From: Octopus sinensis
Lineage: Eukaryota
DNA: 64,000 bases
Direction: 5' to 3'
Assembly: GCF_006345805.1 (NCBI RefSeq)
Contig: NC_043012.1
Coordinates: 20,336,001 to 20,400,000, forward strand
The stretch's first letter is position 1; every line of letters starts with the position of its first letter. Below are positions 23,090-35,699 of the stretch, in pieces. Under the pieces are notes generated by a model. That model had not been told where the DNA came from, did not search any database, and worked only from the letters and a program-made list of their open reading frames with translations. The position numbers and the translations under genes are program-made.

Positions 23090-25486
23090 AGTTCAGTTAA
23101 GAATACTGTAGCTGTAAATTATAACCGGAACAGCTAGAGTGTTGATACCTATTATCTTGCTTTTCGCATTGAGCTCTGTTTTCAATATTAATATATATCA
23201 TCTATAGTATTTCTCTTTTAATTTGTGTGTTGTATCGTATCTTGTTTTATTGATTGCTAAGTATTTCATTGTCTGGCTTCGGTCTAATTCTCTTATTTTA
23301 TTGTTGTTGTTGTTGTTATTTTATGACACGAATAAATTCTATGAGGCAATGATTTGTTTTCTCACAATATATCTGTATCTAAAAAACAGCAACTGAATAT
23401 TCCCATATGTCACTGTAAAATGCAATTTTCGATATTTTTTGAATGTCAAAAATCAATTTATGGATGGTTAAGCTTGTTCGGATTTGAACCAAGACCAGCT
23501 TCACTTACAATTACTTTGTTTTAATACGGCAACACTGCATCATTTTATACATTTCCTTCCCTTAAAAAAAATGAGAAGAGAAACAGCAGGGTGAACTCGG
23601 GCCACATGTGTAATTTTCATTATAATTATAACGCGTTTAACTATGATTATTTGTCTTGGAGTTTTACTTCCATTTTCGCAATTATATAAAATAGTTGTGC
23701 AACATTAATTGTCAGAAAATTTGATATTTTATTTCTGAAATATCTGCGTTCCCTATTACGGTAGCAATTATATGAAATAACATGAAAATATTGGAATGAA
23801 TTAAATAGCACCTGTAGAATAGAAACATTGTTTATTCGCTGTAAACCGTGTTAACTATCTGTTAGCGCTCCGGGAAGTATAGTAACGACATTACAATAAC
23901 AAAAAAATCCACATATAAACACAGTAGTTGCACTCTTTCAAATACAAACGCAAACACATATTCACATACATACACGAGCACTGCCACCACCAATTCTCTC
24001 TTTTTCTTTCTCTCTCTCTCACCTTCACTCAGAAACACACACACACACAAATATAGATGTATACATTTGTGCGTGTCTGTGCGTTAAATGAAATACTGAA
24101 GTCATGCATTACAGATACGTGTTAAACAAATACGTCTTTGTTATCGGGAGGGACAATCTCGTTTAAAATGTCAAACCAACAGCCGTATATAGAATGGCAG
24201 TATTCATTTTCCCTGTTTGTCCAATAGATATATACTAAAGTATTTTGAACTTTTAGAAGTACTGTTTATGCAACATAAATTAATATATCTGTGCGCTACA
24301 TTACAAGGTTAAACAATTTCTTCCACTTACTTTCAATAAATAAGTTGTCCTTAGAAATCAATAGATAGATATCAGCTAGGACGATGATTGTCTCATTTCT
24401 TTGATCGATCATTCAACTCACTAGTTGAGTTAGCGTATCATTATCCAAGTATTTCATTGAGCTGTCTACCGGTAACTACTCTGTCAAGAACAATAGACCT
24501 GATACAATGTGCGATTAGGTTGATCCATTGCAGTTCAGGTACTCGATACACAAAAGACTTCCCAATAATTTCCGTTTATCCTATTTAAATCGGAACATTT
24601 GGATCGATAAGAGGCTTTATTGTAACGTCACCTGCTGAACATGCTGCACAATCTCATGAAACGAAGAACATCACCATTGTGAAGCAAAGTAACCGTTCGC
24701 TTACACCATCTAAATAAATGATATATTGTATAAAATACCATATACGTAACTGAAAAATACTGCCATAATGATTACTTTTCATGTCCAACGCGTTTCAGTA
24801 CCATCATGCCTTGTTTGGCAAAGAACCGTAAATATGAGATCCCTCTTAGAAATGGATTTGTGGTGTAAGGTTTTGGAAGGAGTTTAAATAATTTAAATAT
24901 CAATTGTAAATCCAGAGGGTGGAGTTCTCGTATTATCGTAACAGCGTCACTGGGGTAATGCCTTTGTGTAAAGAACTGTAAGAGATACACGAAGACAGTT
25001 CTTCCGGTTATTCAAGCTCCTTGTTGAAAACCCACCGCGGTCGAATTTGCCTTCATATCGAACCAGTGTGTGACTACTTACCTTGATCCTAAACTGATAC
25101 AATTTTACTACATCATCTTTTTAAACAGTCTCAGCAGAGAAAACTAAAACTAAAATGTTGTTACTATTATATACACAGTCTATAATTATCTTAATTATTT
25201 CCCTGCCACAACTAGTGGAGGAGTGCAAGGAAGCAGGTTGTAGCCAAGATAATGTTGTCACATCCGTTAAAACTCGGGAGGTGTCTTTTCGGTTAACCCA
25301 TTTTAACCGAGGTTAACCCTGTCGAAATTTTAAAGATAGATAAATAAATAGGGATAACAAGCATATGGAAGCTTCTAATGAACCTTTACTACAGTGTTTG
25401 TGTTTGTGTTTGTGCTTGTATATCTGTATACGTGTATATGTGTGTATGAAAACACAAGCAAGAGCGTGTAAGAGTATACGCATGTT

Positions 25487-25530
<44 letters not shown>

Positions 25531-26239
25531 ATATGGGGGTTGTCTGTGTGTGTGAGTGTGTGTGTATGTGTGTGTGTGCGTGTGTGGAAGTAATGGGAGG
25601 TACTTAAATCCAGTTACCCATTCTACTTCGTTAAACCGATTTTCCAAAAGACAAAAGATCTGTTTCGCTTTATATTTACATAAAAGAACTATTCTACTTT
25701 CTAAATGGATATTTCTGTTAGGAAAGTACTAAAAGAAGACCGCGTAAATAAAATTTGAGAGAGATTATTACTGGGCATAAGATGTAAGACTAAGTTTTAT
25801 GAATATTATTTTATACGAAACTAGAGGAACTTTCTAAATACGTAGAGTACACTGTTTTCGCTATTTGTAGCTAGTTGCAGTTTCACGAAATGATAAAAAA
25901 ATATTTTCTCCTCCGCTTTGAGTACAGAATATTCCTTCAAACTGAATTTATATTTAACTTACTTCTATTAGTTCTAAATGTCATCTTAATTATAGTTCGG
26001 TGTGCTCCAATGTTTATGATATGTGTGAATACACACACATACACGCAAATGTATACATACACACACACGCACACTCTCATATATATATACATATATACAT
26101 TTACATATATATATATGTCAATACGCGCATATATATGCATATATATTGACATATAAAGATAGATAGAAACGAATATCTATGTATACATAAGCCATCAGCA
26201 TACAAATATATTTAGATATGTTTTTGTGTACCTGACATA

Positions 26240-26395
26240 GTGTGTGTTTATGTATGTGTGTATGCATGTATGTATGTATGTATATGTGCATGCATCCATG
26301 CATGTATGTATATATGTATATATGTATGTATGCATGTATATATGTATGCGTGTATGCATGTATGTGTGTATGTATTATGTATGTATGTATATGCA
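26240..26395. repeat. Degenerate (ATGT)n/(ATGC)n microsatellite
   Basis: Read directly. Confidence 0.9.
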
Positions 26396-27293
26396 TATAA
26401 AATAATGACAGCTATGCCAAACAATATTGCTTTAATCCACATAATCATTGTTTCTCTTCTGCTAACGCAGTTTAAATATTTCCAATGTCGGCATATTGGA
26501 AATAATTGCCACTTAAATGGCATCAGCAAATACTTAGTAGGCGCATAGATAACACTTCTTAGATAAGATGATCAAATTTTACCGAAGTTACAGTAACACA
26601 TGTATTTTCAGCTGATAATTAGGAAGAAACTCAAAATGTCATGAAAAATAGTAAATCTTTAATTCGTTATGCCTATTCAAGAAGGTAGAAATCTAGATAA
26701 ATTTTGGAAGTAAAACATGAAGTTCAACTCACGATTGCCTCCAACGTCAGAAATTTAGACACTACAGACAGTTTACTTGGCTCAGTTTGTATACTATTTG
26801 TCTGGTTGTGGAGAAATGGGAATATTACGGTTTGTGTGAGGGAAATATTTTTAATAACTATCGTACGCCTCTTTCTCACTCGGAAACGCCAAACACTTTT
26901 TACTAAACATGCGATTTAACGCATAGTCTAGATTTCAATTTACATCCCATATATTTACCTTTCTGTGAGTATCTATCGCTGAAGTAGTGAATGAATATAT
27001 ACCTACTAAAGGAGCCTCCACTGAAGAAAAATGATTGCGTAGTATTCAATATTTCATTTTCACTTTGGAAATAAGTGACAGTCTCTCCGTGTTGAATTTG
27101 TCATTCCTCAGCTAAATTCAATATTTATTTGCTATGGATGTAGCTAACGGCTATTCTACTATATACATCGCCTACATATATTTTGTTTAGTTCGAATACC
27201 AGAAATCAATATTACATTGAATAAAATTGTGTGAAAATTCACCTGAGAATTAATGAAATTTTACCAAGATTTTTGTCATACATATAATCATAG

Positions 27294-27321
27294 ACATATA
27301 TATGCATATATACATATACAT

Positions 27322-27389
<68 letters not shown>

Positions 27390-27550
27390 ATGTATATGTG
27401 TATATATGTACGTATATATGTATGTATGTATGTATGTGTGTATGTATGTATGTGTGTATGTATGTATATATGTATGTATACATGTATGTGTGTATATATA
27501 TGTATATATGTGTGTGTGTATACATATATATATATATACTTATATCTATA
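27294..27550. repeat. Compound (CA)/(AT)/(ATGT) microsatellite
   Basis: Read directly. Confidence 0.95.
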
Positions 27551-27989
27551 TAAGAAATTTTTCATATATGGTAGCAATACGAAACATATTTATTCAATAC
27601 CTGTTTCCTTAATTTTCTAGATTTGACACTAGCAGAATTGTGGCCAAGTATCTTTGATATGTACATACGTGACTTGGATTAAAATGAAACTTCAATACAA
27701 TTGAAAGCGAATACTGTCTGAAGTCACGTTTCTACGTGCAAATCTGTTTTCTTTCTTTTTTTTTCACACAGGAATTACAATCACTTGAATAGAAATATAG
27801 CGCACATAATAAAGAAGACAAAGAATAACTGAAATGCTTGCAACTTTAAAAAAAATATATTAAATTATAACAGAGAGATTTCGAGAGATGTTTTTATCAT
27901 ATATGAAATTGTGATTCTTAATGTGATTCATTTTATTGATATATTCCCTTGGCGCAATCGTATAAATATATAAGCCAGAATACAAATTT

Positions 27990-28620
27990 GCCACAATGTG
28001 AGTTCGTATAATTTTTGTGACCTTTGTCAATATGAGAAGGATCGGCATTAAATAGAGAAATACTTTGATGATGTACCCGTTTCTTCTCAGGTATAAGGTA
28101 CCGAACATGAAGTTTAACGTCAGCATATTAACAAGTTTTAAGGAGTCTACAAATAAATATAATGACTGCTCGAACCACACTATATAATAATCGATAAGAG
28201 AAATCGATCAATCGAGGAAGATTTAATTGATGGTTTATACTTCCGAAATTAATCCATTCACCAAACTTTCATAGATTCAGTTTTCCTCTCATCATATGGC
28301 ATGGATATTAGATAAGTCAATGCAATATACCTGCTAAATTTGCGATCTATTTAAGTGTCTCGATGCCCTTGATCGCGTAGTATCTCAATGTATGGTAAAA
28401 ATTCTAAGCAACAAAATCAGTGAAAGACTCAAATACTTCAACGGAAGCATATACTTCATACGTATTTTCACAGACAATCATTTTGATTTGGTTGTGAAGA
28501 AGTTTCTCCCACAAAGATAGAACTTACGTAAATTTATTCAATGACCAGAAGCTGATACTTGAAATTCTCTTGTAAATTGACTTGTAAATGAAATATAGTA
28601 GCTAAACTTCAATAAAAAAA
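27990..28620 (+). mobile_element. Possible heavily decayed PLE fragment
   Basis: EKYFDDVP, PNMKFN, and DLVVKKFLP..NLRKLFN resemble the PLE YxDD, HPNIKF and LIDKHFP..LHKIFN motifs. Many stops and frameshifts. Confidence 0.35.
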
Positions 28621-30204
28621 AACATGTCAAAATGTAAAAGAAAGATATTCGTAGTGTTTGATATAATCCTAACATGGCCGTGCCAGGAAATTAATTCTTG
28701 GTGGTTATGTTTACATCACGGTTAGAACGATGACATACCGACATAGACAGACAGAAGATTATCAAGACATTAATAAACGAATCCTGAAAATAGATCTGAA
28801 GTGAAGATTTCTGAAAAGGGTCATTTAAAACGTCAAAATATACGAACCAGCTAGCTGGAAACACAAATATAAGTAGATAAAGGTATGCAAGGAAACATCG
28901 TATATGGAAATAACGCTTCATAATAATGTGTAATCTCGTAAATGTAATGAAAGACGTTAACATCGCAATGGAGAGATCTCAGAAAATTAACCTATTGTAC
29001 ACGGCGCAAAAGGGTCAAGAAATGTAACGTACAAATCCCTTTACGCAACATCTACAAAATATACTGCAAATTGGAAAATGTTCTGTTGGTTTCGTGTAAT
29101 TTTATTTGCATCAATGTTTTAATAAATTTTCGATTTCCAGCATATCAGATTATATAAACGACAATTGTTTATAAGTACAAAATATTTTATCGAAACACAG
29201 ACTCAGACAAGTTTAGCTTTTTTCCAACAACAATTCACTTAGAATATGAGATGTTTTTTTATATATATATTAAAAAAAAGCAATGAATTTATCTGATGTT
29301 ATAGGCTGTCTTACACACGAATGTAGATATATAAAAGCACACGTTCATGTGTGTGTATTTATTATGCATATATGTATATAGACATATATGCGTAGAACCA
29401 TATACATATATGTATGTGTGTGTGTGAGTGTGTGTGTGTGTGTGTGTGTTATAAGTGGAAATATATATACATGTGTCACAGCATGTTTAGTGGTTAATAG
29501 AATTAAAGCATCCTCATTATCATCAACACCGTGACAGGTACCAATATTAAGTATTACTGTTCTAAAATTTGCAAAGAGGATTCTGCCTAAAACCTCAAAA
29601 TAGCATCCATTTACTTGAGGAAAGGCATCAATACATTCCTTTTCAAAGCTCTGCAACAGAGATGAAACTGAAAATGGTGGGCCATAAACCTTTGTCTCCC
29701 AATCACTAGGATCGAGTCTAAAATTCAAGTATCGTGTTTTTGCAATGTAGGTGAATAGACGTTTTCCTCTATAATTGTCGGAGTCTTCCCAAGTATAATA
29801 TATATTATGACCTTTTCTTCAGCTCTCTTGCAGTGAATAGACTATTCCAGGTGCGTTTAGCAATAATAGTAGTGATGTGGAGGAGGGTACACTCATAAAT
29901 CTCTTTTATGATCTAATGCTCACGCTCGAAGATATCCTTTCTCTCTTCATAAGAAGCCCAGTGTATATAACGAAAAGACAATTTAGTCTTGGAACTAAAA
30001 AGAAGCACGTACTCAAATCTGTCCTTGGAAATCTTGATTCCCACATGTATTTTAGGCTCCTTACTTATTCACGAGACTAGTGCCCTGCACGTAAGGTAGT
30101 TTTCCTTGATCAGCAACATATGACATTCACTACTTGATTAAAAGAATCAGCATGAAAACGTGTACTATATTACTATGTTTAATTCTATAGTATACTGCTT
30201 TCAT

Positions 30205-30405
30205 ATTTTTGCTCACGGCCAGCGATTTTGGGGAAGGGCTTAAATCGATCACATCGACCTCAGTACCCAGCTGGTATTTATTTTATCGACACGAAGCAAT
30301 ATAAGGTAAAGTCAACGTGGGCGAAATTTGATCTCAGAACGGGAAAACAGACGAAATGCCGCAAAACATATCGTGTGACGTAACAATTTTGCCATATCAT
30401 CGCTT
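30205..30405 (-). mobile_element. SINE family B, degenerate
   Basis: ATCGACCTCAGTACCCAGCTGGTATTTATTTTATCGAC...AAAGTCAAC...CTCAGAACG..AACAGACGAAATGCCGC. Confidence 0.75.
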
Positions 30406-30439
30406 TAGAGCTGTAGTATATTACTATAACTACTGCAAA

Positions 30440-31400
30440 TAATAGTGATAATAAGGATACTATTATTTTTTTCTCTTTATCACAGGTTTTATTGGAGCTC
30501 CTGTAGTCTTGCATGCGTGGCGGAGTTACTAACTGCAGCCTACGGTACCATGCTATTCGATCTTTTCATCTATCTAATAATTCCCTGATTATTCTGACCG
30601 TTCCAATGAGGCAAAACTTTCGAAATAGTCCTACTGGACACTCTATTCCAATTTCCTTTAGATTACCAAGGACCCAACAATAATTGGCTGTATCTTCACC
30701 TTCACTTTCCATAGCCAAGCTATTTCGTACTTAAGTGGGTTGTATCTATCTACCTTTTCGCCTTCCTTCTTGGCTATTACTTGGCCAATGGAATACGCAA
30801 TATAAACTACATAACTTACGTATTGTATCTTGCCCACCACCATTAGGTCCGGTCTGTTATGCTCTAACAACTGATCTGTTTAGATCGGGAAATCCCAGAG
30901 GTTTTGCTAGTCTTCGACTTCGCCACACTGTGGTTTGTATTCATACCACGTCTTGCCTCTCTGTAGCCCCCCCCCCCCCCGTTGTCGCACAATTTCGAGT
31001 GTAGCACTTTCGCTACCTACTTGTATCTTCACATCTTGCAGTGGCTTGGGGAAAGACTAGGGCATTCGTTTCTGATGTAGGCAATGATTTCTTCCGCCCT
31101 ATTGCAGACGCGGCAAGGTGGAGACTCTTATATTTCCTAAGGTTGACCCTCTAGATGACGACCAACGCCTGGTTTGCACCGTCAGTATAGTGCGCTCGGT
31201 CACTTTTGTAAGGATTCCTTTCATCAGCCAATCCCATCTATTTTTTCAGCAACTTTTGTTGTGGCTACACGGATTGATTGTGTAGTTCCTCCTTGCGTAA
31301 TTATTTTTGTACTTCTTCCTTTGTTTTCCCTTTTTCTCTGCTTTCAATATTCCTTCGTTCCAGACACCAACAAGGTTTCCTTACTTAGGGCTAGGTATGT
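30440..31400 (-). mobile_element. 3' part of an R4/Dong-like (RLE) non-LTR retrotransposon; dead
   Basis: WDWLMKGILTKVTERTIL, CCHC knuckle CRVCNRAEEIIAYIRNECP, WYEYKP..LWDFPI*TDQLLEHNRPDL..EGEKVDRYNPLKYEIAWLWKVKVKIQPIIVGSLV, then a degenerate TAA-rich tail near 30440. Confidence 0.9.
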
Positions 31401-31764
31401 AGCCCTATGATTTCACGTCGATACGTACGCAGTCTTCCACATTTATCAGTCCCCTTCCTCTATTTGCTATCTTCATATATATAAACCGTTCCACATATGA
31501 CAGTTGATTGTCTACATAACTCCGCAAGTCAAATTATACGATCATTGGAAAAGTGAGTGCAAAAACATTTTTGTCGCACATTTTAGGCCATTTGACCTCG
31601 GATTGTCGCGCGTTTTAGCAACGATGAAAAATCATGATTGTAAGATATAACTCCACCCTCCAATTCACGCGTTATCGCTGTTAGAGAAGAGTTTTCAGGA
31701 TATTAGCCTGAAATCTGGATCATAACAGAGATTAGATTCTCTACGATGTCCAGGATTCCCTAGA

Positions 31765-33100
31765 GTTCAAGGCGGTATGAAAAGGTGCCCGGATTAGTTA
31801 TGTTTAATAAAGAATAACTTATTTACCTAAGTATTAGCATCAGCTCTTTCGAATTAGTCACCTTGCACTGAAAAACACCGGTCCCAGCGTTCTTGCAACA
31901 TTTGGAATCAAGCTAGATGTCGTTTCAAGTAAGCGATTCGCTCTTGATCTCAACAACTGTGTTAAAACAGCGAGCCTTGAGCTGCATTTTCATTTTGGTG
32001 AAGAGATGGAAGTAAGTAGGTGTTAACTCTGGCGAACAGAGTGGGTGTGGAAGCGATACCATATTACAAGAAACTCACGAGGGAAGAGAACTCGATGACA
32101 AGGTCATTGACGTCATGAAGAATCTGATTCTTCGCGCTCCACAGATCCTATCGTTTTCACCGAATGTCCTCCCTCAAACGCTTCCAAACGTTGCAGTAGA
32201 ACTCTCCATTGGCAGCCTCGACCTGCGAGACGAATTCTAAATGCACAATACTTCGAATGTCGGGGGAAATGTGCATACTCTTGATTGAGCTGCGGCTCTG
32301 TCGTGCATGTTTCGGTCGTGGAGATGAAGAGCACTTCCATTGTGAGGACTACTGATTCGTCTCAAGGTCGTACCCGCAGACCCGACACACACCGCCGGTG
32401 ATGATCCTCAACATGAGAGATGGGTCATCAGTAGCAAACTGACAGATATCTTGACCGACATCAATGCGATGTTCTTTCTGTCCAGTGACCAGCAAACGAG
32501 GGAAAAACTTGGTAGAGACACGCAAACTGTTCAATTCAGACGTTAGGGGATTGTCTGCACGAACTCAAACCACAGACGAACAGCATAAATAATATCGTTG
32601 ATTGTCATCCAAAGATCCTCATGCGCAAGATAACTTTTGTCCACATTTCTAGGTGTGATGTTTTTGGCAGATCTTCCAGATTGTTCATCGTCTTCTAGAG
32701 TCGTTCTTTCGCTTTTCAAGCGCCTGTGTAACTGGAAATGGTGTGTACGATTCATTGCCTTGTCGATGTAAGTTTACAGAAGCATGCTTAATGTCTCTGT
32801 AGCAGACTTTCTACGTTTAACGCAACATTTCATGTTGACTCCTTGTTCAAAATATTTGTCCAAGATAAAATCGCAGACATATAATCACAAAAACACAAAT
32901 TTCTCAACTTGCGAGCTAAACACACTGATGTCACTGCTAGCTCTCTTTGCACGCGCAACGGTGCGCTGCCATCTATTGGCGCGCTACAGAACTAGCCTGG
33001 AAACTGTTTGATACTACCACGCAGAACACGCATTGTCTCGGCATAAAAACCGCTATGGAACGTCTTACTGGAACTTCCACTGATCAAAGAACCCGACAAA
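31765..33100 (-). mobile_element. Near full-length decayed mariner (FxPRLL / GYDxETxxQSSQW type)
   Basis: HTH KSATETLSML...LEDDEQSGR, STKFFPRLL, IITGGVCRVCGYDLETNQ*SSQW, LPHPLCSPELTPTYFHLF. 3' terminus resembles AAGGCGGTATGAAAAGGTGCCCGG; the 5' TIR is poorly preserved. Confidence 0.88.
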
Positions 33101-33372
33101 ACACTGTGAGCGCTTGATCACACTCTAGTTACCAGACGACATGATATTTCTATGCTTGAACCAGGATTGTATTCTATCAAAGATAAGAGGTGTGCGAATA
33201 TGTGTCTGACCAACAGAAACAAACATCTGGGGAACGGTAGACATGTGCAGCTTCAACGCATGGCTGCGCATTATTAGCAACGCCAAGATCAGTTCTCCGT
33301 GCAATTATCCGAATTCCTAACAACATATTTCTTCATTCCTCTCTCATTCGTTCTAGATAATTCAATGTATGG

Positions 33373-33417
<45 letters not shown>

Positions 33418-34059
33418 CATATGGATGTGTGGGTGTATGAGTGCGTGGTTGGATGCGCCAGCGTACGTTTGTTCATAAACTGTATATATATATATGTGTG
33501 TGTGTAAGTGTGTGTGTAAGTGTGCATACATACATACATACATATATATTTAGATATATATATTTTCACATATGTATGTACATAAATACACACGCACATA
33601 TATATGCACATACACACACACACGCACATGAACGCAGATATATTTATGCATATCCTTTTTCTGTATGCAACCACTACATACACATATATACACCTAAATT
33701 CCTGTGGCTTTATCGCTGCAATTCAATTAACAATAAATAGCTTTTACTTTGTCGAAAACATATTACACGACTACATAGAAACGTAAATATTTCCATCAGT
33801 GACATCTGCTGGTGGCATCACCATATTAACAGTGACGTTAATTAACATGTATGCAGCGAGGTGAAAGATATTCATAATATGGATACTATTAATGTCAAAT
33901 TGTAAAGCCTCATCAATTTAATTACATTTGTAGTAATTATCTGTATTAGAAAACCGTTTGATATATGCCTAACACTCTATGTAGTGAATAATTCCAGCTG
34001 ATATTCTCCAGAATGCATACATACCTACATACATATACATATACATGTGTGTTTATATA

Positions 34060-34099
<40 letters not shown>

Positions 34100-34103
34100 T
34101 AGA

Positions 34104-34197
<94 letters not shown>

Positions 34198-34262
34198 GTG
34201 TGTGTGTGTGTATGTGTGTGTGTATTCTTATATATGTATATATACATATATATATATGGCCA
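34060..34262. repeat. (AT)n-(GT)n compound microsatellite
   Basis: Read directly. Confidence 0.95.
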
Positions 34263-34289
34263 TATTCAACTGAATCTAAATTTTACTGT

Positions 34290-34320
<31 letters not shown>

Positions 34321-35159
34321 CTTATTTGTGTATACACTATTTGTGTTATGCACAGTTTTGTATAGAATGTCAAGCATTATATGAAGTATTACTCAAAACA
34401 TTAAACTTTTAAGTAGAGTATAACATTTATTTTTGCAAATAATGTTAGCAGGAGTTTTGAAATTACAGTCACATTCCTTATCAACGGCAAAGAAGAACAA
34501 AATTTCGGGTTCACTGCCAGTATTTCGCTCGTTTATTTGATTGTCATCATGAATTCTGCCGTCGATTTCTACATGTGAGATAGACAGCCATCTGTTTGGT
34601 CACCACACTAAGGATTTGCTTGCAGCGGTGAAAGCTTTTGTACAACCAATCACACCTGTAGGTAATTTAGTGGACGGCATAGAACAAATATTTCTCTTAT
34701 ATTTCCACATCACCTGCTTTCCGATCCTGCCATTTTGTAAGCTCAATGCTACCGGTATAGTGACAACACAGATACTACTCTCGTATAAAGTGGGTTATAA
34801 ACTCAATCAAAACATCTTTAAAATAATTAGCAGAATTTTTATCATAACGTCTCTTCCTCTTGACTTCAAACTCAACAACATCAGCCTTTCCAACTTTCAG
34901 AGTCAGTCATATATATATATATATATATCGGCTAATTAATGTGATAACCCAGAACTACAATATCCCCTCCCTGTAAAAAATACTCTCATCTAGAGCTATA
35001 TACTAAATGCTTATTCATGGTAATAATAGCAGTGGTTACCTTGCTAACCTTGAAAATATGCCCAAATGATTTTCATAGCATGCTTTCGTGTGGTATTCAT
35101 TTATGCTAGAAATGATTATGAATACTAGAATACCATGCTATGGGCTGCTTTCGGGTAGG

Positions 35160-35560
35160 CATCATGAAAGCCCAGAAATAACACAACGATAAAGAAAATC
35201 ATGTGGTACAACCCAGTATTTAATCAAGCAGTGAGAATTAATATAGCTAGGGAATTTCTTAATTGGATCGATTGCCATTTTCCACCGCGGCTAAATCCTA
35301 TTAAGATATTAAAAAGGAGCTGTTCTAAGATTAGTAATTCGGCAAATTCCGATTGGTTTATCAGTAGTTATAATACCGCTAAGCTGAATACAACAGAAAG
35401 GTGAGCAGCTGACTAATATCAATCATGAAATGCAGAATTCGTGCGAAATTCGGTCTCGATTTTAACTGCTTGGCAAAGTTAATAGTATACATCACCATAG
35501 TAGGAAAAGTCCACAACTGCATACCAAAAGTATATAATCAAGTACCTTGACAATGAAAAT
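35160..35560 (+). mobile_element. PLE fragment (RT-to-GIY-YIG linker and start of endonuclease)
   Basis: KIMWYNPVFNQAVRINIAREFLNWIDCHFPP (cf. IIWFNPPxSxxVxTNIGKxFLxLIDKHFP), then KCRIRAKFGLDFNCLAKLIVY (cf. CNC..CPLxGxCL..IVY). Confidence 0.75.
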
Positions 35561-35699
35561 CTGATTGACTGCACATGATTTCATCCTGACGAGAAGCAGG
35601 TGTACCGAGTTCGTCGGCATGCATTACTCTCGAATCAATGCATTGTAGTGCTGCAAATCTGTTGACCACGAAGGAATAAGTGCGATGGACAGCAGATTG

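Noticed and set aside
24480-24700. NNRPD peptide suggesting a third RLE-LINE relic
   Set aside because: A single short motif; downstream RLE motifs could not be found convincingly.
31215-31235. CTGATGA followed by an AAGG/CCTT hairpin on the minus strand
   Set aside because: No GAAA core follows, and it lies within LINE coding sequence (WLMKG); not a hammerhead.
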